Assembly (NCBI GenBank): GCA_963705375.1
Contig: OY970071.1
Span: 1,110,001-1,142,000, forward strand
DNA: 32,000 nt
Origin: Candidatus Saccharimonadota bacterium
GTDB lineage: Archaea > Micrarchaeota > Micrarchaeia > Micrarchaeales > Micrarchaeaceae
Direction: 5' to 3'
The notes under the pieces are model-generated. The model ran no database searches. It was not told the origin of the DNA and saw only the letters and a list, made by a program, of their open reading frames with translations. Each line of letters starts with the position of its first letter. The stretch's first letter is position 1. Of the stretch, positions 6,637-15,390 are shown piece after piece. The translations under genes and the position numbers were made by a program.

Positions 6637-8193
6637 ATGGATGGCAAGGAAGAGCTTGAGGAGTTCGGCATAGAGACTGCCAAGAACACAAGCATATATG
6701 TCGGTGCTCAGCTTGTGAGCTCGCTAATCTCTTTCGTTGTGCTCATAATCGCAGCACGAGCACTGGGCCCTACAAACTTTGGCGTGTTCATAATCGCGAT
6801 AGCGTTCGAGACTCTGCTAGGTTTTGGAGGCAACCTGAGTTTTGGGTCTGCGCTGAGAAGAATGCTGCCACTTAGCCTTAAGGACAAGAAGCGCGTCAGG
6901 AGCCTGCTCTGCAACGCGTACTTTGTGGGCAGCATGTCAGGCCTGACTATTGCTGTGATAGCGTTCATCTTTAGCGGCACAATTGCAACAGCGGTGTACC
7001 ACAACCCTCAGCTATCTGCTCCTTTGCACATCGCTTCGGTAATGATACTCTTAACTGTGCTATTCAACCTTGGCCTTTCCTCGCTTGTAGGCCTTGGGAA
7101 GGTAAAGGCAGCTGCAACAAGCGATCTCATGTACTCTTCAGCGCAGCTCGTTGCTGTGGCTTTGCTGCTGTATGCCGGTTACGGCATTTCGGGCGCTGTC
7201 GCAGGCATGTTGGTAGGCTTTCTGGTCGGGGTGGCGACAGAGGCGTTCTATCTTAGAAAGGCGATAGGCAGCATATCTTCCAAACTGTCCAAGTCTGTGA
7301 TGAAGCAGATACTGGGTTTTTCTCTGCCTGTATTTGCGTCTGATATCTCGACCATGGGCCTGACGAACTTTGCCGTGCTGCTTCTTGGCGTTTATGTTGC
7401 CACAAGCATAGTGGGCAACTACGGCGCAGCATTCAAGCTTGGCGCGGCGTTTCAGGTAGTGACGGATTCCACTGCTTTCATACTATTGTCCGCTTTTTCA
7501 GTTGCACTGGGCAAGTCCAAGCTGTCAGCACACATGAAAGGCATATTTGCAAACAGCGTGTACTATGCATTCCTGTTCGTGCTGCCGATGCTCGCGTACC
7601 TTGTCGCAAGCGCAAAGCCATTCACATACCTGTTCTTCTCAAACAAGTACTCTCTGGCCCCGCAGTACTTTGTTGTCATAGCGATCGGCATTACGATAGA
7701 TGCCCTGGAAGCGTACGCCGGCAACCTGATGCTGGCATACGGCCGTACTGGCGTGTATGTGCGCTATCAGCTTGCAGCTATAGCGATAAGCCTTGCCATA
7801 ATGCTTGCACTCACTCCTTATTTCGGCGTTATAGGTGTTCTCATTCCGCTTTTCGTGATATCTCCAGTGCTTCTAGGTGTGATGTACTGCCTTTCACTGA
7901 AGAGGAACTTCAAAATGACCCTGCACTACAAAAAGCTTGCAGCAATAGCGTGCTCCGCTTTTCTGACTACGCTGTTTGCCGTGCTGCTTCCAAGTGTTCT
8001 GCATTATAGTGGGAGCATGGCGCTGATCGTAAACTTCCTGATAGTAGTTCTTGTATATCCGCCACTTTCATCGCTTTTCAGGGGAATAACCGAAGACAAC
8101 ATAATCTTTTTGAGAAAGTTCTCATCAAGGCTAGGCCTCGCATCAAAGCTGATGGGAATGCTGCTTGCATATGCTGCACTGTTTGTCAGGTAA
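6637..8193 (+). CDS. Polysaccharide/oligosaccharide flippase (Wzx/MOP superfamily)
   Basis: 518 aa, about 12-14 predicted TM helices along the whole length. The N-terminal pattern (NTSIYVGAQLVSSLISFVVLIIAARALGPTNFGVF) is typical of polysaccharide biosynthesis (PST-family) transporters. Confidence 0.75.
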   Translation: MDGKEELEEFGIETAKNTSIYVGAQLVSSLISFVVLIIAARALGPTNFGVFIIAIAFETLLGFGGNLSFGSALRRMLPLSLKDKKRVRSLLCNAYFVGSMSGLTIAVIAFIFSGTIATAVYHNPQLSAPLHIASVMILLTVLFNLGLSSLVGLGKVKAAATSDLMYSSAQLVAVALLLYAGYGISGAVAGMLVGFLVGVATEAFYLRKAIGSISSKLSKSVMKQILGFSLPVFASDISTMGLTNFAVLLLGVYVATSIVGNYGAAFKLGAAFQVVTDSTAFILLSAFSVALGKSKLSAHMKGIFANSVYYAFLFVLPMLAYLVASAKPFTYLFFSNKYSLAPQYFVVIAIGITIDALEAYAGNLMLAYGRTGVYVRYQLAAIAISLAIMLALTPYFGVIGVLIPLFVISPVLLGVMYCLSLKRNFKMTLHYKKLAAIACSAFLTTLFAVLLPSVLHYSGSMALIVNFLIVVLVYPPLSSLFRGITEDNIIFLRKFSSRLGLASKLMGMLLAYAALFVR

Positions 8194-8411
8194 ACGCGCA
8201 ATATACGTGCTTCTGATGCTTATGCTTTCTGCAAGGCCTCTTGAAGTTCATGCGATAAAAACGTTTATGCCCTCTTTTCAGAAAGCATAAATATCGCTCG
8301 CGCGCAAATCACGTGCGTGATATGCTACATACAAAGCAAATACCTGGCCATCTTATGCACGTGACTAACTGATACGTAACACATATATATGGTAAAATCA
8401 CAAGTTGCCCC

Positions 8412-9065
8412 ATGAAAAAATTGCAATTAAAAAGTTCAGATCAAGAACCCGACAGTTACGCATTCTCTGATCAAAAACTTGCTCAGGTGCAATTCGGCAC
8501 AATAACATTCACAATTGACGGTGAATTGTTTCGTCTTGGAAAAGCTGTGCCTGGCCAGGTTGACGAAATAGTCCGCATGATCAATCATTATGCCGAGTCA
8601 GAAAGCGAACTGATGCCGGTATCTATTGCTGAAGTGTCTGCTTGGGTATCGAAAAGCCTGGATTTTGTTGTGATGGATTCCAATAATAATGTGATAGCGC
8701 ATACTGCTGTTGACTGCTGGCCCAAAGGGGCAGAAATTCCAATGTCTCGCGAACTTCGTTCTGTTGTCGTGGCGAGCGAATACAGGGAAAAGCTCGTATA
8801 CACGCGGCTAACCATGGCTGTTGTCGAAGCACTGTTTGCTGAAAATTCCGATATTCCTCTTGTGGAGGTCAAAGGAGGTGCGCAAGGCCATCATCTGCTG
8901 GAAGCTCTGGGTTTTGAGCAGTATGACTGTACGAGAGCGCTGGAATTGGGCATGGACTTCCCCGGTTTAGCTGAAGGGCAGTGGGTCGTGTACGGCCTGA
9001 AGAAACTTCCAGATTTCGACAAAAGAATTAGCGAAGTTAAGCTCAGACTGTCGCTTAGAGAATAA
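8412..9065 (+). CDS. GNAT-like acetyltransferase-fold protein (divergent)
   Basis: Motif A-like strand-helix ELRSVVVASEYREKLVYTRLTMAVVEAL and motif B-like LLEALGFEQ. The usual R/Q-x-x-G-x-G/A loop is not conserved, so this is only a fold-level guess. Confidence 0.4.
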   Translation: MKKLQLKSSDQEPDSYAFSDQKLAQVQFGTITFTIDGELFRLGKAVPGQVDEIVRMINHYAESESELMPVSIAEVSAWVSKSLDFVVMDSNNNVIAHTAVDCWPKGAEIPMSRELRSVVVASEYREKLVYTRLTMAVVEALFAENSDIPLVEVKGGAQGHHLLEALGFEQYDCTRALELGMDFPGLAEGQWVVYGLKKLPDFDKRISEVKLRLSLRE

Positions 9066-9120
9066 CTGCAACGTCGTTGCAATGCTCCTTGTCGTTGCAC
9101 ATCTGCAAGGTCTGCTTTGC

Positions 9121-10275
9121 CTATGTCTTTTGATTATTTGCTGAAATAATGTCCGATATCGCGATGACAAGCCTTTTGCAATTGACGAGCTCTTTTGCCG
9201 TAGTGTACTCTGCTGTGGAGTGGGGGTTCCAGTAGCCCGGGCGCATCACGATTACCCTGTGTCCTTTTCTGCAGAGCACATTGGCTTCGCACGTCGCGTA
9301 CATGTCTTCGGAAGAGAAAGGGACCTGTGCTTTTCTTGCTGCAGCTTCCGCAAGCTGCATGATGCGCGCGTCCTTCGAATCGAGTGGATAAATGGCGTGC
9401 TTAAGGTCCGCACTTAAGGCATACTTGCACTTGCTGACTTTGCACGCTTTTTTGGCGCAGTCATGAACGAGCTCCAGCTGCTTGGCCATTCTCGTGTACT
9501 CAAACGCTCTTACCTCTCCGGTAAGCACAGCGCTTGCAGGTATGACATTGTCAAAGGTGCCTCCTTTTATGGTCCCGATATTCAGGCAGTTGCCCTCCTT
9601 GCTTCTGCCAAGCTGCAAGTAGCTTACGAACAGCGATGCTGCCTTTATCGCATTTATCCCTTTCTCTGGATTCGAAGCGGCATGAGCACCCCTGCCCTTG
9701 AATGTTATACTAAAGTCCAGGCATCCAAGTGCGCGCGATGTAAACGATCCGGCTCTGCCCGCATCATCGATGACAAATGTGTAGTCTGGCTTTTTCCTTG
9801 GTGAAAGGAATCTTGCCCCCATATCTCCCATCTTCTTTCCTGGGCCTTCTTCCTTGGTGGTAAATGCAACTACAATGGTTGGGTGTTCCTTATTCTTGAG
9901 CACTCTCAACGCGGAGATCAGCGCAGCGACGCCTGTCTTGTCGTCTGCGCCCATTATTGCGCCATTATTGCTTTTTATGACTCCTTTGCTCTCGATTATT
10001 CTCGGCCTTGTCAAGTCCGGCGCCACCGTGTCCATGTGTGCATAGAACATAACAGTGTCTCCGCTGCCTTCCAATGTCGCGATTATGTTGCCCGTATTGC
10101 TATAGTTCTTCTTCCAGGAATCATCAACATAGTATGGTATTCCTATTTTCGACAACTCATTCATTATGAATCTTGCAACTTCCTTTTCCTCTCCACTAGG
10201 AGAAGGTATCGATGCAAGCTTCTTGAACAGTTCCACAACATAATTTGTGTTCTGGTCCTTTGAAGATCTCACCAT
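9121..10275 (-). CDS. M20-family metallopeptidase (PepT/tripeptidase-like)
   Basis: Metal ligand motifs YAHMDTV, GADDKTGVAA and TTKEEGPG (Glu-Glu). Start set to the ATG at 10275 (MVRSSKDQ); the track start at 10296 is GTG. Confidence 0.8.
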   Translation of the reverse strand: MVRSSKDQNTNYVVELFKKLASIPSPSGEEKEVARFIMNELSKIGIPYYVDDSWKKNYSNTGNIIATLEGSGDTVMFYAHMDTVAPDLTRPRIIESKGVIKSNNGAIMGADDKTGVAALISALRVLKNKEHPTIVVAFTTKEEGPGKKMGDMGARFLSPRKKPDYTFVIDDAGRAGSFTSRALGCLDFSITFKGRGAHAASNPEKGINAIKAASLFVSYLQLGRSKEGNCLNIGTIKGGTFDNVIPASAVLTGEVRAFEYTRMAKQLELVHDCAKKACKVSKCKYALSADLKHAIYPLDSKDARIMQLAEAAARKAQVPFSSEDMYATCEANVLCRKGHRVIVMRPGYWNPHSTAEYTTAKELVNCKRLVIAISDIISANNQKT

Positions 10276-10324
10276 AGCATCACAGAAAAATAGCACTGGG
10301 GCTTATTAAACGTTATTGAATCGC

Positions 10325-10885
10325 TCATTCTGGCGCAGCGTGCCTCTTCCTGTTGAAGCTGAACATGTTCCTGTAAAGTTCTTCCTGCTCTAGTGCATCA
10401 TCCAATGCGTTGTGGGTGTGCATCTTTTCTGGCCTTAGCTGTTCTGGCAGGTATTTCTTCTTGGCTCTCAAGAACGGCACGCCCATCATTCCAGCGTAAT
10501 ATGACTTCATCTCACAAGCGCTGTGGCTGAACAATCTAGGATATCCGAATTTCACCATGTACCATTTCATGAACAGCCAGTCCATGGTGCTCCAGCAGCA
10601 GAATACGGGCGCGCGTCCTTTTGAAGATGCCATTACCCATCGTGCAAACCTATCGATTGCATCTTCCGATTCTATGCCTTCCTTTTTGAGTTTGCTCATC
10701 GACAATCTGCACACCTTGAGGGCTGATTTGATGTAGTTGTCATTGAGTGGCCTTATTTCGACATAGAACTTCTTCTTCGGGTTACCAACGATGCACGCGC
10801 CTATTGAGAGCATGCTGTACTCTCCAGGTATTGGCCCTGATGCCTCAACATCCACCGAAACATATAATTCTCTTGTCATGGTCAT
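10325..10885 (-). CDS. DEDDh-type 3'-5' exonuclease (DnaQ/RNase T-like fold)
   Basis: Exo I motif VSVDVEASG and Exo III motif HNALDDA (H-x4-D). 186 aa, single domain. Confidence 0.7.
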   Translation of the reverse strand: MTMTRELYVSVDVEASGPIPGEYSMLSIGACIVGNPKKKFYVEIRPLNDNYIKSALKVCRLSMSKLKKEGIESEDAIDRFARWVMASSKGRAPVFCCWSTMDWLFMKWYMVKFGYPRLFSHSACEMKSYYAGMMGVPFLRAKKKYLPEQLRPEKMHTHNALDDALEQEELYRNMFSFNRKRHAAPE

Positions 10886-10969
10886 AGTGCCACAGTTAAA
10901 TTAAAATAGACTAACTTGACAGCAACTTTTAATATCTTCCATGCTTGAAATGAGTTGTAGCGTGTTAAT

Positions 10970-12328
10970 ATGATTGGAACAAAGATAATCGTGACTTATG
11001 GTCCCAGCATAAGCAGCAATAGTGTGCTGGAGCAGGTATTGAAATATGCCGACATAGTGCGCGTTAACTTCTCGCACGCAACGAAAGAAGAGCAGACGGG
11101 GCTTCCTGTCAGAATACGTGCTATGGCCGCAAAGATGCACAGGTATGTGGCTCTGATGGCTGACCTTCCTGGCGCAAAGGTCCGTGTGGGTACACTTACA
11201 GATCCTATTCTTGTCAAGAAAGGCGACATAGTGACATTCTCTTCAAAGGCATCAACAGGTGTTGTCGAAGTGATGCAATACCCTGACTTCCACAAAGACG
11301 CAAAAGTTGGCGTATACATAGACATAGGCGACGGCACTGCCCGATTCAGAATAAAGAAAATCGACGGCATAAACGTTGTCTCTAAGGCCGTAGAGGATGG
11401 CCAGATAGGCAGCAGGAAAGGCCTAAGCCTCATAGGTGCCGAGATGCACATCAAAGCACTGACAGATAACGACAAGAAGCTTGCACGGATAGCGCTGAAG
11501 AATCATTTTGACCTGATCGGCATGTCGTTTGTGAGCTCTGCAAGTGACATACAAGAACTAAGAAAGAGCTGCGACGGTATGCCCATAATCGCAAAGATAG
11601 AGCGCGAGGTCGCTGTTCACAACATCGAAAGCATAGCAAAGGTGGCTGATGGATTGATGGTTGCAAGGGGTGACCTTGCAATGAGCATAGGTCTTGAACA
11701 CATACCCGAAGCGCAGAGGAAAATAGTAAACGCTTCGAGGCGAGCGGGGAAGCCTGTCATAGTAGCAACGCAGATGCTTGCGAGCATGGTGCACAACATA
11801 TCTGCTACAAGAGCTGAAGTGAATGACATAGCAAACGCGGTCTCACAGGGTGCAGACATACTGATGCTCAGCGACGAGACCTCTGTTGGCAGCTATCCTA
11901 TTGAAGCCGTAAAGTTCCTAAATAAGGCTGCCGGAGTTGCAGAAGAGGCAAGTGCAATACGCTGCGCGTGTCCAGACATGGCCTGCGCTGATGTTGCGGG
12001 GGTGTCTGCAGTATCTGCGTTGCGCATAAACAAAGCAAACTGCATATTCGTGCCCGCGTTGACTATGTCTGCTGCAAAAGCACTCTCCAGTCTTAGGCCT
12101 AGCGTCATGGTTGTCGCACTTGCAACAAACGATAAAACGATGAGCACTCTCGGCATGTATTACGGTGTGCGGCCGGTTCATGTCAAACGATACGGTGCCG
12201 CCATGGACCACGTGATGAGCATTGCGAAAAATATTGCAAAGAACAATAAGATAAACCGCTATGTGGTTGTTTCCGAATCGTCAACAAATCCGGGAAGCTC
12301 CTTGGTGTTCAGGTATGTCGGACGCTGA
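10970..12328 (+). CDS. pyk: Pyruvate kinase
   Basis: N-terminal TKIIVTYGPS...VRVNFSHA, followed by IIAKIE, MVARGDLA, VATQMLASM and the MLSDETSVGSYP motif. Full-length at 452 aa. Confidence 0.92.
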   Translation: MIGTKIIVTYGPSISSNSVLEQVLKYADIVRVNFSHATKEEQTGLPVRIRAMAAKMHRYVALMADLPGAKVRVGTLTDPILVKKGDIVTFSSKASTGVVEVMQYPDFHKDAKVGVYIDIGDGTARFRIKKIDGINVVSKAVEDGQIGSRKGLSLIGAEMHIKALTDNDKKLARIALKNHFDLIGMSFVSSASDIQELRKSCDGMPIIAKIEREVAVHNIESIAKVADGLMVARGDLAMSIGLEHIPEAQRKIVNASRRAGKPVIVATQMLASMVHNISATRAEVNDIANAVSQGADILMLSDETSVGSYPIEAVKFLNKAAGVAEEASAIRCACPDMACADVAGVSAVSALRINKANCIFVPALTMSAAKALSSLRPSVMVVALATNDKTMSTLGMYYGVRPVHVKRYGAAMDHVMSIAKNIAKNNKINRYVVVSESSTNPGSSLVFRYVGR

Positions 12329-12351
12329 TACTGGATGTGCGCCCAAACATA

Positions 12352-12360
12352 TTTTATATC
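12352..12360 (+). promoter_or_regulatory. TATA box of the tRNA-Thr gene
   Basis: TTTTATATC preceded by an A-rich BRE-like CCCAAACATA. It ends 25 nt before the first tRNA nucleotide. Confidence 0.55.
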
Positions 12361-12385
12361 TTACAATTCAAATGACACATCGCAT

Positions 12386-12445
<60 letters not shown>

Positions 12446-12458
<13 letters not shown>

Positions 12459-12500
12459 TCTCGCCGTGACACGATGAAGAAGTAGGGTTCAAATCCTCTG
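12446..12500 (+). repeat. Copy 0 of the composite att-like unit (tRNA 3' end, 29-nt spacer, second T-loop-like box)
   Basis: The unit is CCCTCTCAGGGCT followed by TCTCGCCGTGACACGATGAAGAAGTAGGGTTCAAATCCTCTG. It serves as the reference for the downstream copies at 13153, 14570, 18067, 19261 and 20447. Confidence 0.7.
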
Positions 12501-12582
12501 CAATATTGTGCTGTTTATGCCCCAACTAATCAAGTACCAAGGCTTTAATATCTGTGCTGTATGCATTATATCGGCGATTACG

Positions 12583-12786
12583 ATGCAGGAACAGATAATG
12601 GAAAAACGAGTAGTGCGCGACCTAAACGACATAAACGCTAAGTTAGATACTCTTACAATGCTCTACAAGAACCTGATAGATGCACTTGTTAAGACAGGTA
12701 AGATACTCCCTGATGAGAAGAAGGCTCTGAGATCAAATGAAACGCTGATGTCTGAAAAGGCTCTTTTTGATACACTCAAGGCGTAA
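12583..12786 (+). CDS. Putative antitoxin (upstream partner of the RelE/ParE-like toxin)
   Basis: Small helical ORF ending 2 nt before the toxin start. The family is not recognised. Start is uncertain (ATG 12583 or 12598; the track start at 12508 is GTG and lies in the tRNA flank). Confidence 0.5.
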   Translation: MQEQIMEKRVVRDLNDINAKLDTLTMLYKNLIDALVKTGKILPDEKKALRSNETLMSEKALFDTLKA

Positions 12787-12788
12787 GG

Positions 12789-13052
12789 ATGACGTTCGAA
12801 GTCCTTACCAAGAGTTCGGCGTTGAAGTTCATCGAGTCATTAGATGGCAAGCAGAAAGTCAAACTTAGAGAGGCCATAGAAACCCTAAAAGAGGAACCTG
12901 TGCCTGTGGGCACCTATGACATCATAAAACTGAGCGGATACGAAAACCAGTATAGAATCAGGCTTGGAAAGATAAGAATAGTGTATGAAGTCCTATGGAA
13001 TGAGAAAAGGATAATAGTGCATTTTGCTGGCTGGAGAGGACGTGCGTATTAA
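12789..13052 (+). CDS. RelE/ParE-family type II toxin
   Basis: 87 aa with the family-typical C-terminal pattern YRIRLGKIRIVYEVLWNEKRIIVHFAGWRGRAY. It has tight two-gene architecture with the upstream ORF. Confidence 0.8.
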   Translation: MTFEVLTKSSALKFIESLDGKQKVKLREAIETLKEEPVPVGTYDIIKLSGYENQYRIRLGKIRIVYEVLWNEKRIIVHFAGWRGRAY

Positions 13053-13152
13053 CAGAATACCTGAACTGAGCCAACTCGGGGCTTATTACCTGCAGTGAGA
13101 GGCTATCCCAGTGTACGCTTTAAGAAGGGCTTTGGTCGCTTACGTCTTGACG

Positions 13153-13205
13153 TCTTAGGGCCATCCTCGACGTGTCACGACGAAGGATTAGGGTTCAAAT
13201 CCCTC
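13153..13205 (+). repeat. Degenerate copy 1 of the composite att-like unit
   Basis: TCTTAGGGCCATCCTCGACGTGTCACGACGAAGGATTAGGGTTCAAATCCCTC aligns by eye with 12448-12499. The 28-nt 3' part has 4 mismatches. The 5' part has 3 mismatches and 2 single-nt indels. Confidence 0.6.
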
Positions 13206-13275
13206 AAATTGCTCATTTTACAAAATAACAAATCTCAGTATATAAACTGCCAGAAAACCGGGCATATAAATATCT
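13197..13275 (+). repeat. Copy A of a duplicated promoter-bearing segment (partner at 18099-18206)
   Basis: CAAATCCCTCAAATTGCTCATT...ACAAATCTCAGTATATAAACTGCCAGAAAACCGGGCATATAAATATCT. The partner differs by a few substitutions and a ~28-nt insertion. Confidence 0.7.
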
Positions 13276-13300
13276 GGATAAATAGAACGAGTGTGGTAAG

Positions 13301-13855
13301 ATGTCTGCGATAACGAAAGAATTTGGTAGCGACTGCAGAGTCGAACTAAAAGACGGGATGCTGGGATATGAAATAAAGAAATCATTAAATCTATCTAATA
13401 TGTTCGCTGATGACTGTGCTGACCGAGTAGATAGGATTAGGCTTGCTGAAACATTCTTCAGAACCGAATCAGGAGGCTTATATTGCCTGATGAATGGCGG
13501 CATATGCTATATGGTGCGAGAGTATGGAGCTTTCCTTATAGACGCTAACGAAACTGAAAGAACAGGCGAAATTGTTTGTGTTATGATGGACAAGGCATCA
13601 TTAATGCACATAAGTCTAACAATTGGCGGAAATTTTGACTGCAGTTCTGTGCAGACGTCAACCATAACTGGCATATCTGAAATAATTTCAACGGATAGAA
13701 AGTGCTATTTTCCTGATCCATTATTCAGTATGACAAACGGAAGAACGAATAGAATTCTGGATGATTTTGAAGCCAAGATGGCAGCCCACCCTGATTGGAG
13801 GTATGAAGCCATACAGCAATTCCCCATCGTTGACATGCTTAGAGATGAAGATTAG
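13301..13855 (+). CDS. Hypothetical protein (184 aa)
   Basis: ORF with ATG 29 nt after a TATA-like box (CATATAAATA, 13263-13272). No motif recognised. Confidence 0.55.
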   Translation: MSAITKEFGSDCRVELKDGMLGYEIKKSLNLSNMFADDCADRVDRIRLAETFFRTESGGLYCLMNGGICYMVREYGAFLIDANETERTGEIVCVMMDKASLMHISLTIGGNFDCSSVQTSTITGISEIISTDRKCYFPDPLFSMTNGRTNRILDDFEAKMAAHPDWRYEAIQQFPIVDMLRDED

Positions 13856-13979
13856 AGAGAATACGGCACATGCAGGAGCAAGCAGCTTAGCTCTAAGCGA
13901 TGGCTTATTTCTCTAATAAATGACATCTCTCAGAGAGGTATGCCTCTTACCTGCCAAAACCACAATTTGATGCGATTAC

Positions 13980-14441
13980 ATGAATAACGATGTGGATAAG
14001 ATGAGTCCATCGATGCGGTCTGCACAGCATCGAGCAGAACAGGTGGTGAAAGAGATACTAAAACTCGATGCTGAAGGTATAGTGCAAAAAACTCTGCCTT
14101 GGGTTGCTCCTAATATGGCACAAAAATGGCAAGCGCTAATACAAGACAGCGAAGCTGAATCTAGACTGCGAAGAGAGAATCCAGTGCGCGTCTTTGAATT
14201 AGTGCTTAAGCCCACTCTAATTGCAATGCATCTTCTTTTGGAACACGAACCAGAATATGCCTATGACTCTATCTGCAATGCACAGCTTCCAGAACCCACA
14301 CTCCATGTCAACTACTATGCCAAAATTGTTGCACTAGTGAGAGCCTACTCTATAAACGGGGATGCGTTTGCGAAATATGTAGAGACAGAAAAGGACAAGC
14401 TGCAGCAAGAGCTCGACGATGAAATGTTTAACCCTCACTAA
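13980..14441 (+). CDS. Hypothetical protein (153 aa)
   Basis: ORF co-directional with 13301..13855. Predicted helical, no motif recognised. Confidence 0.5.
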   Translation: MNNDVDKMSPSMRSAQHRAEQVVKEILKLDAEGIVQKTLPWVAPNMAQKWQALIQDSEAESRLRRENPVRVFELVLKPTLIAMHLLLEHEPEYAYDSICNAQLPEPTLHVNYYAKIVALVRAYSINGDAFAKYVETEKDKLQQELDDEMFNPH

Positions 14442-14569
14442 GGCTGTGTTTCATGTGCATTTATGGGGGTAGATATCGACCCGCTGCGGTAAGAGTCATT
14501 TTCAGAGCTTAAATGTAGTTATTGTATATTGTTGTATATACAAAAAACTATGACCTTTCCGCACTAGCA

Positions 14570-14582
14570 CCCTCTCAGGGCT
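14570..14582 (+). repeat. Exact 13-nt direct copy of the tRNA-Thr 3' end (att-like)
   Basis: CCCTCTCAGGGCT is identical to 12446-12458 and in the same orientation. It lies 10 nt from the abiEii stop. Confidence 0.8.
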
Positions 14583-14592
14583 CCTTACTGGC

Positions 14593-15384
14593 TTAAATAA
14601 GTTTCTCTAACTTTATCAGCAGGTCATTTTTCACTTCCTCCCAGTTTTTGGGACGCAGGGCCAACGGTATGAATGGATTTGTTAGGTTGCGCAGCTTCTT
14701 GGGATCGCTCTTCCTAAGCGTAAGAAGTGCTTTTTGTATAAATTCTGATGCGCTTTCATTTTTGCCTTCTGATTTGAGCATTTGTGCAATTGCATTTTTA
14801 AGTACGGCAAGGTCACAGAGCGGCAGGGCCGCATGGCAGTCATACAGGTCTTTTCCTTCGCTGCGTGTTGCAAGTGCATTAAGTTTTCGTGCAGTAAGGT
14901 CTTCAAGCGAATAGACTATCAGACCGCTTACTGACGCGTGGGCAAATTCGGAAACCGCAGTCTTGTTAGCAATCGGCAAGGCAGTCATGAGCCTCTTCGG
15001 TGATATGTCGATCCTAACGTGATCCCCGCCAAGAGGGCTTTCGTATTCGCAGTAAAATTGAATGGTGTCGCGCACCTTCCGAAACTCTGCCACTTCATAG
15101 CCTTTCATACTTGCGGCAAGTTCTTTGCAGAAGCCCAGAAGCTCATGTTCGGCATCTTTTGTTACAAGGTCGAAGTCTGCATCTTCTGAGAATCTCTGCA
15201 TTTTTTCCAGATATATTTTATTGAGTGCCGTACCTCCCTTGAATACCAACGAATCTGGCATATGGGAAACAAATTCAGCAATCATGCCTACTGCATTCAT
15301 CAGGTGGAACTCCTTCACGACGAACTGGAGCGGCAGCCCGTAGCGTACTGCTATAGTTCTGCATACTTCAATGTCAAGTTCCAT
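14593..15384 (-). CDS. abiEii: AbiEii/AbiGii-family nucleotidyltransferase toxin (type IV TA / abortive infection)
   Basis: Family-typical FKGGTALNKIYL...RFSEDADFD motif (DUF1814-like). Immediately downstream of an AbiEi-like gene (6-nt gap). Confidence 0.85.
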   Translation of the reverse strand: MELDIEVCRTIAVRYGLPLQFVVKEFHLMNAVGMIAEFVSHMPDSLVFKGGTALNKIYLEKMQRFSEDADFDLVTKDAEHELLGFCKELAASMKGYEVAEFRKVRDTIQFYCEYESPLGGDHVRIDISPKRLMTALPIANKTAVSEFAHASVSGLIVYSLEDLTARKLNALATRSEGKDLYDCHAALPLCDLAVLKNAIAQMLKSEGKNESASEFIQKALLTLRKSDPKKLRNLTNPFIPLALRPKNWEEVKNDLLIKLEKLI

Positions 15385-15390
15385 TATCCA

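Noticed and set aside
8220-8288. 10-bp inverted repeat ATGCTTTCTG / CAGAAAGCAT downstream of the flippase gene as a notable structure
   Set aside because: It is most simply a 3' hairpin or terminator-region feature after the 6637..8193 stop. It has no other copies and no further context, so it is not worth a separate finding.
10901-12211. Antisense ORFs within and around the pyruvate kinase gene (10901..11140, 10996..11475, 11451..11681, 11558..11794, 11617..11859, 11893..12156, 11918..12211)
   Set aside because: They are shadow ORFs opposite a confidently identified full-length pyk.
12482-12500. T-loop-like boxes (GGGTTCAAATCC and variants at 12482-12500, 13188-13212, 18091-18118, 19299-19315) as additional or split tRNA genes
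   Set aside because: The flanking bases do not form a 5-bp T stem, and no matching acceptor, D or anticodon arms are present nearby. I treat them as parts of degenerate att-like repeats rather than functional tRNA genes or halves.
13095-13313. ORF 13095..13313 (+) and antisense ORF 13213..13503 (-)
   Set aside because: The first reads straight through the att relic and the duplicated promoter segment. The second is antisense to 13301..13855 and to the promoter. Neither has a motif.
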